Of a DNA stretch of 64,000 nucleotides, positions 10,060 to 23,652 are shown piece after piece. Every line of letters begins with the position of its first letter. Positions within the stretch are counted from its first letter, which is position 1. Origin of the DNA: Octopus sinensis (taxonomy: Eukaryota); the NCBI RefSeq assembly GCF_006345805.1, contig NC_043000.1, positions 118,420,001 through 118,484,000 of the forward strand, in the 5' to 3' direction. The notes below the pieces were generated by a model. The model saw only the letters and a program-made list of their open reading frames with translations, was not told the origin of the DNA and ran no database searches. Position numbers and translations under genes: made by a program.

Positions 10060-12460
10060 AAAAAAAAAGGAACTTGGTTTACGGTTTCACAGATCTTCTT
10101 TAAACGGTCGCTTTCACTTGTAATGGTATGTTTACGGAAAGATGTATTCATAATTTTTTTTCTGTCAGCGGTTCTGATTTTCATTCGTTAAAAAATTGAT
10201 GACGTTTTCCTTCCGTGATCAACCTTATCATTCTGCTTGGTTGGTTTCCTTGCGGATATGGTTATAGTTCGTTCCGGCTAGTTGGTTCTCTTAAAGGGTC
10301 TTTACGTTGTATTCGCTGAAGTTCGGTTTTGATTGGTTTGGAATTATGTGACGTCAGCAACTGGTGTTTGTGGAATTTCATTAGACTGGAGGTGGGTGTT
10401 TGTGTGGTGATCTGGAACTGCAGTTTCGAAACCCGGGTGGAAGATTGTTACTAAAATTTTATTGTTTTTTTTTTGTGTTGAAATTGGGTGTTTTTTCTCT
10501 TCTTTATACTGTTTTTTCTTCTTTGTAAAGGATATTTAGCTGTGGTTTATAGTTTTTAATCAGTATGTTTTCCTTATTAAAACAGAATTGGGTTGAAATG
10601 CTTCCAGTGCATTGACAGAGAGGGAAGATTTGGTATTTAGGGTTTATGTCTACAGGGCATTAGTCTAGGAGCTTGCTTACAGGAATTTTCCTCGTGATGG
10701 GGCCCCGGATTTGTTGTCTGTGCACCGTAAGTCCATCCCTCAAAGTTAAGCTTGTTTGACCAATGTAGTCTCCACCACAACTTCCACATTTAAGAACATG
10801 GATTAAGTTCTTCGAAGCACAGGTGAAGTCATGTTTTATGGTAAAAGTTAGGCCTGACTTAAATTTGTATGTTGAGCCCTCGAAGAGAAAGGTGCAAATT
10901 CCGCAGTTAGGGCGGTTGCATTTTTTGACTTGTGGAGTTGTATTTTTGGTGGGTAATTGTGGTTGTCTCTTGCTTTTAATAATCCTATGTGTATCTAGTG
11001 CCTTTTTCATTCGTGGGTCCTTCAAAAAGGATGGGTATGTTTTAGTGGATAATGTTGAATGCTTCCTGGCTTCTTGGTCTTTGTGTTGATACGTAAGATA
11101 GAGTTTTAAGTGTGTCATGGTATTTTCTTGTTTTCCGTAACTCTTGGATGTCTATCATTTTTGCGCGTTCTGTTCCATTTTTGATTTGACTAACCTGGTA
11201 TTTTGTATCTAGTAATGAGGTTTTAAGTTCTTGGAGTCGCTTTTCCCGGGTTTCGGGATTTGATGCAATCGTGCAAATTCTTTTGCTAAGTTGAAAGGTA
11301 TATTTATTTTAGTATGTTTTGGGTGGCAAGAGGAGAATAGAAGATATTGTTTTGAGTCTGTTGGTTTGAAGAAGATGTTGGTTTCAATCTCAGTATCTCA
11401 CTTTATTAATAAGATGTCCAGGAAGGGTAGTTGTTGGTGGTTATATTCCATAGTGAATTGGATACTGTGGTTAATGCTGTTGATTAAGTTTTTAAATTCT
11501 GTGAGTTGTTCAATGCTATGTGGCCAAAGGATGAAACAGTCATCCAGGTAGCATTTCCAGTTGGTAAGTAAGTATTTTTGGAAGTTTTCCCCAAATTTTA
11601 ATCTAGCGTGTTCGTATATTTGGACTTCCAAGTATGCCATGACAAGGTTGGCAAAAGTAGGCGCTACCCTCGTTCCCATCGCCGAGCCTGATTTTTGTCT
11701 ATAAGTGTTTTCTTTGAAATTGAAGAAGTTGTTCTTGTAGAATGAACCTTATTCCTTCAACGATGAATTCTTTTCTGATTCTGTCAAGAATGTCATTTGG
11801 GATTTTTCCAGCCAGTATTGTATGGCTATTATTCCGTATTCGTGAGGAATCGAGGTGTAGAGGTTTATTACATCAAATGAAACCAGGAGGGAGTTTTCGC
11901 TGGTTTTGTTCGGGAGATGGTTTAAAAAGTCCAGATCATCCCGTATAAAGCTCGGTATATGTTGGAGAATAGGTTTGAGGGGGACGTCAATAAAATTACT
12001 GAGTCTGTGTGTCTCACAAGAGGGACCGGCCACAATTGGTCTCATTTTGAGATCTCTCGGGTGTGGAATATTTATGGCTATAGAGGTTGACTTCTTACAG
12101 GCTTCGTTTATGGTCTCACTTTTGTGGATTTTGGGAAGTCCATAGAGGTCACTGGTTTTGCAGTCAAATCTAGTCAAGTAGTCTGTCTCCTCTTGTGTTA
12201 AACCTTGTTGGAATTGTTGGATAAAGGTAGACAGTTTGGTCATTATCTTGGATTGACTGTAGTTGTTGATTTTTTCATAGTAGGTATTGTCTTGAAGAAG
12301 GGTTAGGGTAATGTTTATGTATTTTTCTGAGTCCATGATAACTACAGAGCTCCCTTTGTCAGTTTCTTTTATAATTATGTTTTCATCGTCCCTGAGATTA
12401 TTGATGATTTCCCATTCTTCTTTACTTGTATTTATTTTGAATTTTACATATTTACGTATA
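10060..12460 (-). mobile_element. Penelope-like retroelement (RT + GIY-YIG), 5'-truncated and frameshifted
   Basis: ORF pieces: IIIKETDKGSSVVIMD, LYGLPKIHK, MRPIVAG, LVSFDVINLYTSIP (11749-12460); MGTRVAPTFANLVM and CYLDDCF (11398-11679); NLIHVLKCGSCGGDYIGQT..LRDGLTVH (10660-11118). The 3' boundary is approximate. Confidence 0.93.
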
Positions 12461-12463
12461 TGA

Positions 12464-12538
<75 letters not shown>

Positions 12539-12590
12539 ATATGATATATAATTAAAACAGACGAATGGTTCATCTTGTAATATATATATA

Positions 12591-12908
12591 CATTGGCGGA
12601 CTGGGTTTTAAAGTATTGGTTGCCAGGAGACTAACGGGGCCCACTCACAACTACAAGGAGGCTCACCCGCTACTACAATGCTATCATTTATTTATTTATT
12701 TATTTTGCTGTTAAAAGTATTCTTTTCAGCTGTCTACAAACACAGCCAGACTGAAATAATTAATGCATTCTTCCAGGAGTGAATAAAAATTTCTAAAACT
12801 TTAGTGGGATGGGCCCCTTAGATACTAACATGGGTCCCCATATATGGATTCTAATGGCACAGGGGCCCACTTGCGATCGAGCAAGCTGGCGACGAGGCCA
12901 GTCCTCCA

Positions 12909-12911
<3 letters not shown>
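12591..12911. mobile_element. 321-bp MITE with 14-bp TIRs, inserted in (TA)n
   Basis: Left end CATTGGCGGACTGG; right end CCAGTCCTCCACTG (reverse complement CAGTGGAGGACTGG). TA repeats on both sides. Confidence 0.8.
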
Positions 12912-12978
<67 letters not shown>

Positions 12979-15071
12979 AACTGGCAACTGATGAGATGGA
13001 CGTGTCCTTCTCACCTATGAAACTTTAAGTCCTATAGCTGGGTTCTCTGTAATTTAAAGGCCAATTTAACTTACACTAAATGTATTGAGTACTACTCCCT
13101 TTCGTTTATATATAAATATATGTGTGTTTGTATACCTATATACGTGCTTACACACAAAAATTGCGTGTAGTGGAGTTCAGTACAGTTTCCATTATTCAAC
13201 CTCCTATATCGAGACGTATGTCATCCCCGAGGAAGAAAACACTTGGCCAATGTGCCACGCAGTAAGATCGAACCTCGAACCATGCGTGGTTGTGGAGCGG
13301 TCTTCTTAACCACACAACCATGCCTGCCTCCGCCCACCTAACCAGATATATTTCCTCTTTCACACTCTCTGCCTCATATATATACAAGGCAATCCCAGTA
13401 TTTTTTCTTCCAATTAATCTAATGAAAAGAAGAAAGAGAAAAATCAAGGTAATTATTTGTTATCTTACAAAGAATCGGTGAATATTCATTAGCAGAACAT
13501 TTTGTGTTTAGAATATCAATCCTCATTCTGTTTCCAGCAATTCTTTCTCCCTTTCTCTTTCTCTCTCTGTCTCTCATTCTTTCTTCCTCTCTTCTTTCTT
13601 TCTTTCCTTCTGTCATTCTCCTTCTCCCCGTTTTTCTTAGTTTCCAATTATCATCTATCGCATTTTCAAACCCATTAAACATTCTAATATTGTTGTGAAT
13701 GTATTCGGTATACATTTAAACATTTGACGAGAAATCTCGAGGGAGTTTTTGCTGAACAAATCTAGTCTTTATTTTCAATGATGTGTTGAGAGAAATATAA
13801 ATGTTCTATACTTATGGAATAAAGTTTATAGAGTACTACCTTGAAAATATCAATGAATAGATTTGACAATGTCACTATTGATATACGGTCTTAATACAAA
13901 TAGCGTATCTGGAAAAGAAACTGAACTTGAAACTCCTTTCATTTGTTGCTTGTAATATTATGAGAAGAAAGAATGTTCTATGATTAGCTTTCTGTTTTTT
14001 TTTTGGGGGGGGGGGTTCATCAATAAATTTAGACTGAAAAGCAATTTCTGATTGAAGGAACATACATTGCTGAAAGATTACACCGGTCGGCAACGATTTT
14101 GTCTTTTTACATCATATATGTAGGTGGTTTCTGGATAAGACCTGGGTACTGATTGTGAATATGACATCAGAATTTGTCTAAAACGTCAGGATTAATCGTT
14201 AAACACCAGAGACCGGAAAACCGAAATTATACCTCAATTTTTTCTTTGCCTTTCAGGAAATTACTGATAATAGTTAATTGCTTTAAATCATTCCATTTAA
14301 AATTGAGGTAGTTTCTACATGACACTTTAAAGACGAGAGTCGAGTTAATTTCTTACAAAGCCTATACGCCACAATCACTAATTGTTATATTACTGGGAAA
14401 GAATCATCAAAGAAGACTACAGGGTAATAAGCTAATAATAAAGGCAGATATCTATGCTATCGTAAAGCTCAGAGTACAGTAGACTGCCAGGAAATGTTTT
14501 CTAAATTAACTTCCCAATTAGATAAATTATCTCATATAGATTCTTAAGACAGAGAAAGTATCATGTGATAATTATTAGCTGAGGAAGGTCGTAATGTACA
14601 TACACTTCTCTAATGAGAGTTTTGTTTGATGACTTGGAAATGTGTTGGTTTCTGTAGTAAGAAGCGACTCGGCGAATAAAAAAGTTATGAGAACATGAAA
14701 GAGGTATTGATAAAGCCGAAATACTTTTAATGATTGAATGACATGTGGAAATATGACAATTAGATTCTCCTTGGTCAGCAAATCAGTTTCATTAAACTTC
14801 CTTTTATAGCAAAGTGTGTATATTTATGGAACTACCGAACTAAAAGAGATGACTGCTGAGAAAACACATCATGAATATCTCCGTTGCAAAACCAGAAACT
14901 AGGTTTGATAAAACAAATTCTTAACACTTTAGAGATGAAAGGTCGCTCTTTCGAACATTTATGTGGCATTTATGTGGAAAATATGCTCCACGTAAAGAGA
15001 AATTAAAGACAGGTATGTTTCATGAGCCAAAGAGAAATTAAAGAAAGTTTAGTTATTTATTACATTACTTA

Positions 15072-15292
15072 AACCTTGTTTGTCCTCTCTGTGTTTAACC
15101 CCTTGTAGGTAGTAAAGAAATGGGTATTTCGTCTGTCTTTACGTTCCGAGTTCAAATTCCACTGAGGTCGACTTTGCCTTTCATCCTTTCGGGGTCGATA
15201 AATTAAGTACTAGTTGCGTACTTGGGTCGATCTAATCGACTGGCCCCCCTCCCCCAAAACTTCGGGCCTTGTGCCTAGAGTAGAAAAGAATA
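15072..15292 (+). mobile_element. SINE family A, 5'-truncated (linker-body-terminal tail)
   Basis: ...gtagtaaagaaatgggtatttcgtc...tcgactggcccccctccccc...gtgcctagagtagaaaagaa. Confidence 0.85.
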
Positions 15293-15529
15293 TTCTCGTT
15301 TTCTTTGGCTATTTCATTATGCATTGATTAATATTTTTGTCCTTGCTTATTTCATTCAGAATTGATATAATATTTTCTTTTCTTCTTTTAGTAACTGCTT
15401 CTCAGCAGTTTTCCAGTGTCGTTGTTATTACCACGGAGGACATTCCCCATCTATGATAATTGTCTCTTTATTTTTCTATTTGATATTACGAGTGCAAATG
15501 AGTAATTCAATTGATTTACTGTTTCAATG

Positions 15530-15900
15530 GAGACGTTATCTCCTCTCTATTTCCAATTGCCCTATTGTGGATTGCAGAAAGCATTTTTCTTTGGAAGACT
15601 ATTTCTCTGCATTGAGAGGTCGTGTGTTTACTCCGGTACAACGGACATATGACTGAAACGTCACAGGAAAGAATCGCATGACGGATTCGTCAAACCGAGC
15701 CAAGCGGCAGGAGACCTAGGGTTGCACCAAGAACGAAATGACTGGATAATATCCGCAGTTTCAGCTGGTCACGCTTGGGAATCCAAATGGAAGGTGTAAT
15801 GACACCTGCTTCCCATAGGGCCCTACCGAGGAGGTGCCTGAGGATTTTACACCCATAGTCCTCCCAAGAACAGTGGGCAGAAAAGATGGATGGATAGACT
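15530..15900 (+). mobile_element. RTE-clade LINE 3' end, decayed
   Basis: Hand translation across frameshifts: LCIERS..LRYNGHMTETSQERIA*RIRQ..PSGRRPRVAPRTK*LDNIRSFSWSRLG, matching the RTE C-terminal pattern LRWxGHVxRM...GxRxRGRPxxRWxD. Ends in a gatggatgga tail. Confidence 0.75.
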
Positions 15901-16046
15901 TCTGGAATAGTTTCAATGTTCCATTGTGGTAGAGTTGTCAGCAATTTCCTTTTAATATTATATTTGCAATTAAATTTATATTAACCAAGTTTGCTAATCT
16001 ATTTTAGATACTCTCGGGCGTTCGAAAGATCTTTGATGTTTTGATT

Positions 16047-16441
16047 CTACTTTCTTTTACTTATTTCAGTCATTTGACTGTGGTCATGCTGGAGCACCGC
16101 CTTTTAGTCGAGCAAATCGACTCCAGAACTTATTCTTTGTAATCCTAGTACCTATTCTATCGGTCTCTTTTGACGAACCGCTAAGTTACGGGGACGTAAA
16201 CACACCAGCATTGGTTGTCAAGCGATGTTGCGGGGACAAACACAGAAATACAAACATATACACATACATACATATATACATACATACCATAGGCTTCTTT
16301 CAGTTTCCGTCCACCAAATCCACTCACAAGGCTTTGGTTGGCCCGAGGCTATAGTAGAAGACACTTGCCCAAAGAGCCACGCAATGGGACTGAACCCGGA
16401 ATCATATGGTTGGTAAGCAAGCTACTTACCACACAGCCACT
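16047..16441 (-). mobile_element. SINE family B
   Basis: Same head, internal microsatellite (16250-16288) and tail as the copy at 7300. Confidence 0.85.
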
Positions 16442-16789
16442 CAGTTATTTGAATTTTTTTTTCTGATGCGTTTATTGACAACGGGTTTGTGTTTAAAATC
16501 TTCGTGTATTGCTTCAATTTCTTAATATAGATCACTGGTTCCCAAAGTGGACGACACTGCCCCTTTGGGAGCGGTGGAAAGATCCAGGGGCGGGGATTGA
16601 AGAAAAGTGGGGCGATAATGGGGTGGCCAAAAGGGGTTAATTAGGTTAATTGGTTAATTAGGTTAAATTTTATTTGTGGAATGCAGTTGTTATGAATTTG
16701 CTTCAGAAAGTGGTCTGTGTTTGTGGTGGTGAGTTGGGAGGAGGTGCTAGGAATGTGACTCGGGGGCTAGGATCTTAAAAATCCTTTTA

Positions 16790-17150
16790 AAGTCAAGTTT
16801 TGTGGTATCACAGTCCATCCAAATAGGGAGTTGTTGAGTGAGATGTATCCAGGTATCGGTAGCTTGTCTGATATCCCTTAAAAAAGTTTGTCTAAGTTTC
16901 GTTTGAAAGGTTTGGGATCTTTTTCTTTGAATTGTTTTGGAACTACATTAACTAAAGCCGGGTCTGTCGAGGAAAATAATTTGTGTTTGCCGTGAATTTA
17001 TGTGTTGTAAGCCTGAATTGTGTTTGGGGCGTATGGCACGTAACCTCAACCCTGGATAAATTCTTAATCTGATGTTACAGTCGTTTGGGCAAGCTGATCG
17101 TATATTCTCCGTATTGTGTGTACCGTGCACGGTGGAACTGGAGAGAATAC
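16790..17150 (-). mobile_element. CR1/Jockey-group-like LINE 3' fragment, decayed
   Basis: Minus-strand translation ...SSTDPALVNVVPKQFKEKDPKPFKRNLDKL resembles the GPxLFNxLP...FKxxLD C-terminal LINE motif. Stops and frameshifts are present. Confidence 0.55.
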
Positions 17151-17463
17151 ATTTTAAGGTGGTATGCCTTTTATTTTTCTAGTGATTGCTCTCGAGGGTA
17201 ACACAATTCTCATAACGCTTTGTTATATATGTAATCTATAACGTTGAACAAGATATTTTCTGCTGCGTAATATTAACCCACAGTTCAAATACATAAAAAT
17301 TGAAACGAACTTTTATTTCTTCAATCTCTATAGAATTCTGAACTTGTAATATACTGTGGCTGAAAAGAACTATGAACTCTAATAAATAAATTATTACTTA
17401 GTGATTGAACGTTTAGCGAACAATTTCATTAGATATATTTGTTATTATTACTGATACTAAAGA

Positions 17464-17990
17464 AGCAGTGGGCTGGCAGTAACGTTAGCACGCCGGGCGA
17501 AATACGTAGCTGTATTTCGTCTACCGTTACGTTCTGAGTTCAAATTCCGTCAAGGCCGATTTTGCCTTTCATCCTTTCGGGGTCGATTAAATAAGTACCA
17601 GATACGCACTGGGGTCGATATAATCGGCTTAATCCGTTTGTCTGTCCTTGTTTGTTCTCTCTGTATTTAGCCCCTTTAGTAAAGAAATAGGTATTTCGTC
17701 AGTCTTTGTGTTCTGAGCTCAAATTCCGCCGAGGTCGACTTTGCTTTTCATCCTTTCGAGGCCGATAAATTAAGTACCAGTTTCATACTGGGGTGGGTCT
17801 AATCGACTGGCCCTCCCTCTCAAAAATTTAGGGTCTTGTACTTAAAGGAGAATAGTTAGCACGTCGAAGAAAGTGCTTAACGGCATTTCGTCCGTCTTTA
17901 CGTTTTGAGTTCAAATTCCGCAGAAGTCGATAAATTAAAAATCAGTCGATTTCAGGCCTTGTGCCATTTGTGGAAAGGATTATAACTGTT
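17464..17990 (+). mobile_element. SINE family A cluster (head-body-linker-body-tail plus a degenerate extra copy)
   Basis: Junction aaagaaata|ggtatttcg at 17689/17690. Confidence 0.85.
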
Positions 17991-18777
17991 ACGATGCATG
18001 AATATTTGCATTATTCTTATTTTGTGTCAGTATTTGTATATAAATATTACCAAAATGAGCCGTTGATAGTTTGTTTGTTTTTCTTTTCGTTAATTCACCA
18101 TCGACGTATGTTTGTTTGATTAATGAATGTAAGAATTTAATAGCACGCATTGAATTCTCAAGAGGAAAAAAATGAAAAAAAAAAAACAAAAAAAAGAACT
18201 AATGGAAGAATCCGAACGCAGTATGAATCTACGATAAATTAATAGGAAACAAAATGCGAAGAAGTAACGTTGGCAACTCAAAACCGCCAGAACAAATATA
18301 ATATATGCTAAGGAAATATAATTTCACTATTGTATTACCCAACGTTATATATTACTCAGATTGAAGATACAGGATCTTGGGTAATAGATTTGAATCATGG
18401 TCAATATTGATTTTCTTTTAAGTAATTTGTACCTAAGGAAACAAAATAGAAAGTTATAGCTACTTTATTATATATAGGTGTACTTTGTAGAACCGGAAGT
18501 ACTATTTACATTTGACTATATTCCTGTCATTTTTGTAAACTCCTTCTTAATTATCTGGGATTTTTTTTTGGGGGGGGGGTTTCGCTGACTATTCTTTAGG
18601 GACGATAAAATATATTTTGTATTAACACCCACTTGCAATGATATGACTTCTCATTAATTAGCGAAAGATAAATGTATTTGGAAAGTACATCTGAATCATA
18701 ACACCCAACCCCATCTTTTCAAAGCGAAATATTATATTTTGCCAAAATGTTCAATGATCTGCATCAGCATATTATAA

Positions 18778-18778
18778 G

Positions 18779-18839
<61 letters not shown>

Positions 18840-18996
18840 TATTATTATAATTATTATTATTATTATTTTATTATTATTATCATTATCATCATCATTATCA
18901 TCATCATCACCATCATCCTCATCCTCATCATCATGAACATCATCATCATCATCATCGTCATCATCATCATCATCATCATCATCATTATTATTATTA

Positions 18997-19041
<45 letters not shown>

Positions 19042-19055
19042 CATTATTATTATTA

Positions 19056-19114
<59 letters not shown>
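18778..19114. repeat. Compound (TTA)n/(TCA)n microsatellite
   Basis: Seen directly. Confidence 0.95.
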
Positions 19115-19641
19115 GAGTGAGAGAGCAGTGCATGCCATCAAAGTGACACTGGGGTAAAATATATGAAGCCCAATATACCCATCATGACTACCCGTCTGAT
19201 AAAGGTACACCAGGCACATGCATCACAACCATATGTGCGCGACATGGTGATCTCATATCAAGATAAACAGCACATGACCTTGCAGGTGGGGCCAGTTAGA
19301 ATTTTCTTCAGGTTGAGTAGCCCATCCCGCTCAAACGGTCCCTGAATAAGGGTTGTTTAAGGATGTTGAAAGAACCACCCATGTTTCCAGAGGTGAACTA
19401 TTCAAACCCCAAAGAATCCCTCTCAACACATGGCTATGATGCTCCCCCACTACTTCTGCTCGTGATCAGAGATGCACATATCGTCAGGCACTAAGGGACA
19501 TGCTCAACTGGTTAAGGTCAAACAACTGACAAGCAAATCTGTGGTATTGAGCAGAATATTTGCTGTAACCCATCTTTTATACCAAGACAAAACAATGTAC
19601 ATGATAACACTTCCAATCAGTTAAGATCAGAAGCCATGAGA

Positions 19642-19642
<1 letters not shown>
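19115..19642 (-). mobile_element. Non-coding retroelement 3' segment embedded in (AAT)n, copy 1
   Basis: Flanked by (TTA)n on both sides. A close homologue lies at 19959-20390. On the - strand it ends ggcatgcactgctctctcactc followed by (aat)n. Confidence 0.7.
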
Positions 19643-19709
<67 letters not shown>

Positions 19710-19729
19710 CATTATTATTATTATTATTA

Positions 19730-19945
19730 AGGTGGCGAGCTGGCAGAATCTTTAGCATACCGGGGTGAAATGCTTAGCGGTATTATGTCTGCCGCTACAT
19801 TCTGAGTTTAAATTTCACCGAGGTTGACTTTGGTTTTCATCCTTTCGGGGTCGATTAAATAAGTACCAGTGAAACACTGGCGTCGATATAACCGACGATT
19901 CCCCTCCCACCAAATTTCAAGACTTGAGCCGCCAGTAGAAAGGAT
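19730..19945 (+). mobile_element. SINE family A monomer inside (TTA)n
   Basis: aaggtggcgagctggcagaatc...gccagtagaaaggattatt. Confidence 0.8.
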
Positions 19946-19958
19946 TATTATTATTATT

Positions 19959-20390
19959 GAGTGAGAGAGCAGTGCATGCCATCAATGTAAAACCGGGGTA
20001 AAATATACGAAACCCAGTATACAGATCATGACTACACGTCTGATAAGGGTACACCAGACACATGCATCACAACCATATGGGCGCGACATGGTGATGTCAT
20101 ATCAAGATAAACAGCCCATGACCTTGCAGGTGAGGCTCAGTTAGAATTTTCTTCCGGTCGAGTAGCCCATCCCGCTCAAATGGTGCCTGAATAAGATTTG
20201 TTTAAGGATGTTGAACGAAACACCCATGTTTCCAGAAGTGAATTGTCCAAACACCAAAGAATCCCTCACAACACATGGCTATGATGCTCCCTCATTACTA
20301 CTGCTCGTGATCAGAATTGCACGTATCGTCAGCCACTAAGGGGCATTCTCAACTGCTTTAGGTTAAAGAACTGACAAGTAAATTTGTAGT
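19959..20390 (-). mobile_element. (AAT)n-embedded retroelement segment, copy 2
   Basis: Starts at the same junction, ttattattGAGTGAGAGAGCAGTGCATGCC. More diverged than copy 1 and truncated. Confidence 0.7.
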
Positions 20391-20821
20391 ATTACGTGAC
20401 ATTGTGATCACGTAACCGACGAGATTATCAGATGTTGTTACACATCGCTGGTCAAAATGCATTTTGCATCATTTCAACCTACGAATGACGCTAGGCAAGC
20501 AGGTCAGTATTCTCTGTTGATTGAAAGGGGGACTGGAGCAGCGTGAATTTGAGTAAAATTATATTAATGTGTCCAACTGATTAGAAATTATATTTATTTA
20601 TGCCCTGCATTTATACTGATGTAATGATTGTATTATTCAATTAAATGGAACCGCTTGAAACGGTTGTACTGCATCACCTCATGATATCCCGTTGCTTATT
20701 TTGATTTTAATCACCTTACTTTGAGTTGTACGGATATTACTGCACTGACTTGGTGCTCCAACTTAAGTACCTAATTCAACTGAATCTCAATCATATATAT
20801 ATATGTGTGTGTGTGTGTGTC

Positions 20822-21100
20822 TGTGGAGGCGCAATGGCCCAGTGGTTAGGGCAGTGGATTCCAAGACCGGGCTTTGTACGTGTTTATTGAGCGAAAACAC
20901 CTAAAAGCTCTACGAGGCTCCGGTAGGGATGGTGGCGACACCTGCTGTACTCTTTCTCCATAACTTTCTCTCACTCTCTCTTCCTGTTTTTTTAGTAACG
21001 CTGCGATGAACTGGCGTCCCGTCCAGCTGGGGAGAACACATACGCCACAGAAACCGGGAAACCGGGACCATGAACCTGGCTAGGCTTGAAAAGGGCGACG
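20822..21100 (+). mobile_element. tRNA-derived SINE family C
   Basis: tgtggaggcgcaatggcccagtggttaggg...cagaaaccgggaaaccggg...aaaagggcg. Confidence 0.85.
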
Positions 21101-21106
21101 TTTATC

Positions 21107-21153
<47 letters not shown>

Positions 21154-23347
21154 TTGCAAACAATTTGCACATGCAAGTGCTACCACTCGAGAACTCCGCA
21201 TACCGGAAGCCAGCAAGTGTATGGGGTCATCAGGAGAGAATGCGCGCCGTTTTCAGGCCTACTTCTCAACGGCATCAATGCGCACCGGCCCCCCAACCCT
21301 CACTGATATGAAGCTCCGCTTGCTAGATCAACTGGTTATTAAATAAAGCTCACCATTTCTCTAGCCATTGCTCATTTTAACCAAATCATTTAAACCAAAT
21401 CCAGTGGCTAGCCTTTTTCCACTGTAGTTTGGATATCGGTCATGGTGGGATTGACTTTACGATGAGTTAGGCCTAACGATAACAACAGTCATCTTACACT
21501 GTGTCCGACAAACCCTCTACATATCGGATATTCTCTCTCACTCCAAATAATACCTTTCCTGTATCGTAAATTGAGCTTGTTAATTTTCCCAGTTTCTCCA
21601 CTGTAGAGCCTGTCATTTTATAAAGAGCTCGGCATACCTTGTTTTCAAACTCTTTATATTTCCCTTTCTCATTAGGAGAGAGTGTTCTAATCTCACTTAC
21701 TTACGTCATGGAAAACTGTTTAAGGTCTGGTCTTTTGCTTTCTAAGGGTCCACGACAGATCTAAGTATGTTAGAGTAAATATGCATTTCCCATATACGAT
21801 GCAGGCAGTTAAAGGTATACTATTTTAAAAACATGCTATATATATATATATGTATATATATGTTCGGGGTCTTCTGGAATGCTTATCGTGGACATTCTGA
21901 ACAGCAAAGGAACACAAAGGAACACTTTATTGCATTAAGGTACGAGTAACCATATATATATATATATATATATATATTTTACGTGTGTATATGTATGTAT
22001 GTATGTATGTAGTATGCATGTATGCATGTGTGTGTATGTATGTGTGTATGTATGTATGTATGTATGTATGTATGTAGTATGCATGTATGCATGTGTGTGT
22101 ATGTATGTGTGTATGTATGTATGTATGTATATATGTGTCTATTTATGTATGTATATATGTATGTATGTATGTATGTGTACGTATTCTTCATATTACGAAC
22201 ACCTACACATTTTTATATCGATTTATATCTGCGCAAATGCATTTGCGTGGGATGTGTAAGTTCAAATGTTAAATGCAGTTTTGCTTTTTTCTAAATAATC
22301 TAGAAAATTTTGTTTAATACTTATTTCTGGATTTCTAAAATTTGCTATTTACCTGAAAAACATTGATGCTGCTCACGGCTATTAGAATAATTGTCATTTT
22401 TATAAAACACATTTTAATTAAACTATTAGCATATATTATCTTTTTATCCTTCTTGTGCAATATTCTCTGCCCATATACTTGATAATGGTATTTGTTTTAT
22501 AGCCAGCTTTGACGTTTGGAGCTATCACAAACATGTACATACTCGTTGAAATGATATAACAGTTTTAAAACAGCTTCCAAATCATTCTGGATTTGACAGA
22601 ATTGTTTTAATAAATAGCATTAGATTATAAAATAAATTGAGTTACTATTGTGTCGTGAATTTCTTTTTAAATAAGATTTGTATTATTGGTTTCAGAGATT
22701 GAAGCATTTAGTTTTCGAAAATAAAGAATTCTTTTCAATGGGTTGAAATATAAATGAAACTATATCATTAGCCAATAAACCATCCCTTTAAATGATGATT
22801 GCTCATGCTTTAGTCTTAATAAATTCAACAGCAATCTTATTATCACAGCTCGTATAACATTTATTCCCATCAACATTAAAAGGACAACAACTCGATTCAT
22901 CTGATAAATTTTTTATCTAGTATCTATTTTCTATTGAGTTTTGGGATTGAAATACTTTTAAAAACTATACTTCTAAAATAAGATAGTTGTGACTGAAAGT
23001 AACAACTAAAGCTAGTTTTCTTTCTTCTGATTAAGGATAATTTCTTTTCCTTACACCATACTATTTTCCTAATTGTTACAGATACACCAGACCACTATCG
23101 ATTATCTGGGTTTTTTTTTCTTTTATGAAAATCCATATTTGAAACACCTATGTGTGATATTTGTATTTTCAATTATTAGAATTTTGCCCTCAATGAATTC
23201 CAGACGTATTCAACAGTTAGTGAAACTTTCACATGAACATCTTTGAATAGGACTCTCTTGAAAAGTTCTCATATCCAACCTACAAAAATTTTATAAATTA
23301 AATATTTTCAACTAAAGCGTGTTTTTAAAATAGTATACATTTAACTG

Positions 23348-23652
23348 TGGAGGCGCAATGGCCCAGTGGTTAGAGCAGCGGACTCGCGGTCGGAGGATCG
23401 CGGTTTCGATTCCCAGGCCGGGCGTTATGTGTGTTTATTGAGCGAAAACCCCCAAAGCTCCACGAGACCCCGGCAGGGGATGGTGGCGACCCCTGTTGTA
23501 CTCTTTCGCCCCAACTTTCTCTCACTCCTTCTTCCTGTTTCTTGAGTAACGCTGCGATGGACTGACGTCCCGTCCAGCTGGGGGGAACACATATGCCACA
23601 GAAACCGGGAAACCGGGCCCACGAGCCTGGGCTTGACTTGAAAAGGGCGCAT
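23348..23652 (+). mobile_element. SINE family C, full length, with a 9-bp TSD
   Basis: A box tggcccagtggtt, B box ggtttcgattccc. ATTTAACTG at 23339-23347 and 23673-23681. Confidence 0.9.

Noticed and set aside
10075-10115. Hammerhead-like remnant at the 3' side of the first Penelope (minus strand ttaaaga..agatct..gaaaccgta)
   Set aside because: The core and stems are too degenerate to distinguish from chance.
10823-12145. Plus-strand ORFs overlapping the Penelope element
   Set aside because: Antisense shadows of the RT/GIY-YIG frame.
12461-12573. N-terminus of the 274-aa ORF as the true Penelope start
   Set aside because: It translates a (CA)n(TA)n tract. RT-like sequence begins only at about 12460.
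16527-16780. hAT/Charlie-like ends (cactggttcccaaagtgg; similar at about 2128 and 60362)
   Set aside because: Only one plausible terminus in each case, with no matching TIR or 8-bp TSD.
18747-19219. Poly-Leu/Ile/Asn/Met ORFs (also 45627-46055 and 46449-46858)
   Set aside because: Translations of (TTA)n/(TCA)n tracts, open in several frames on both strands.
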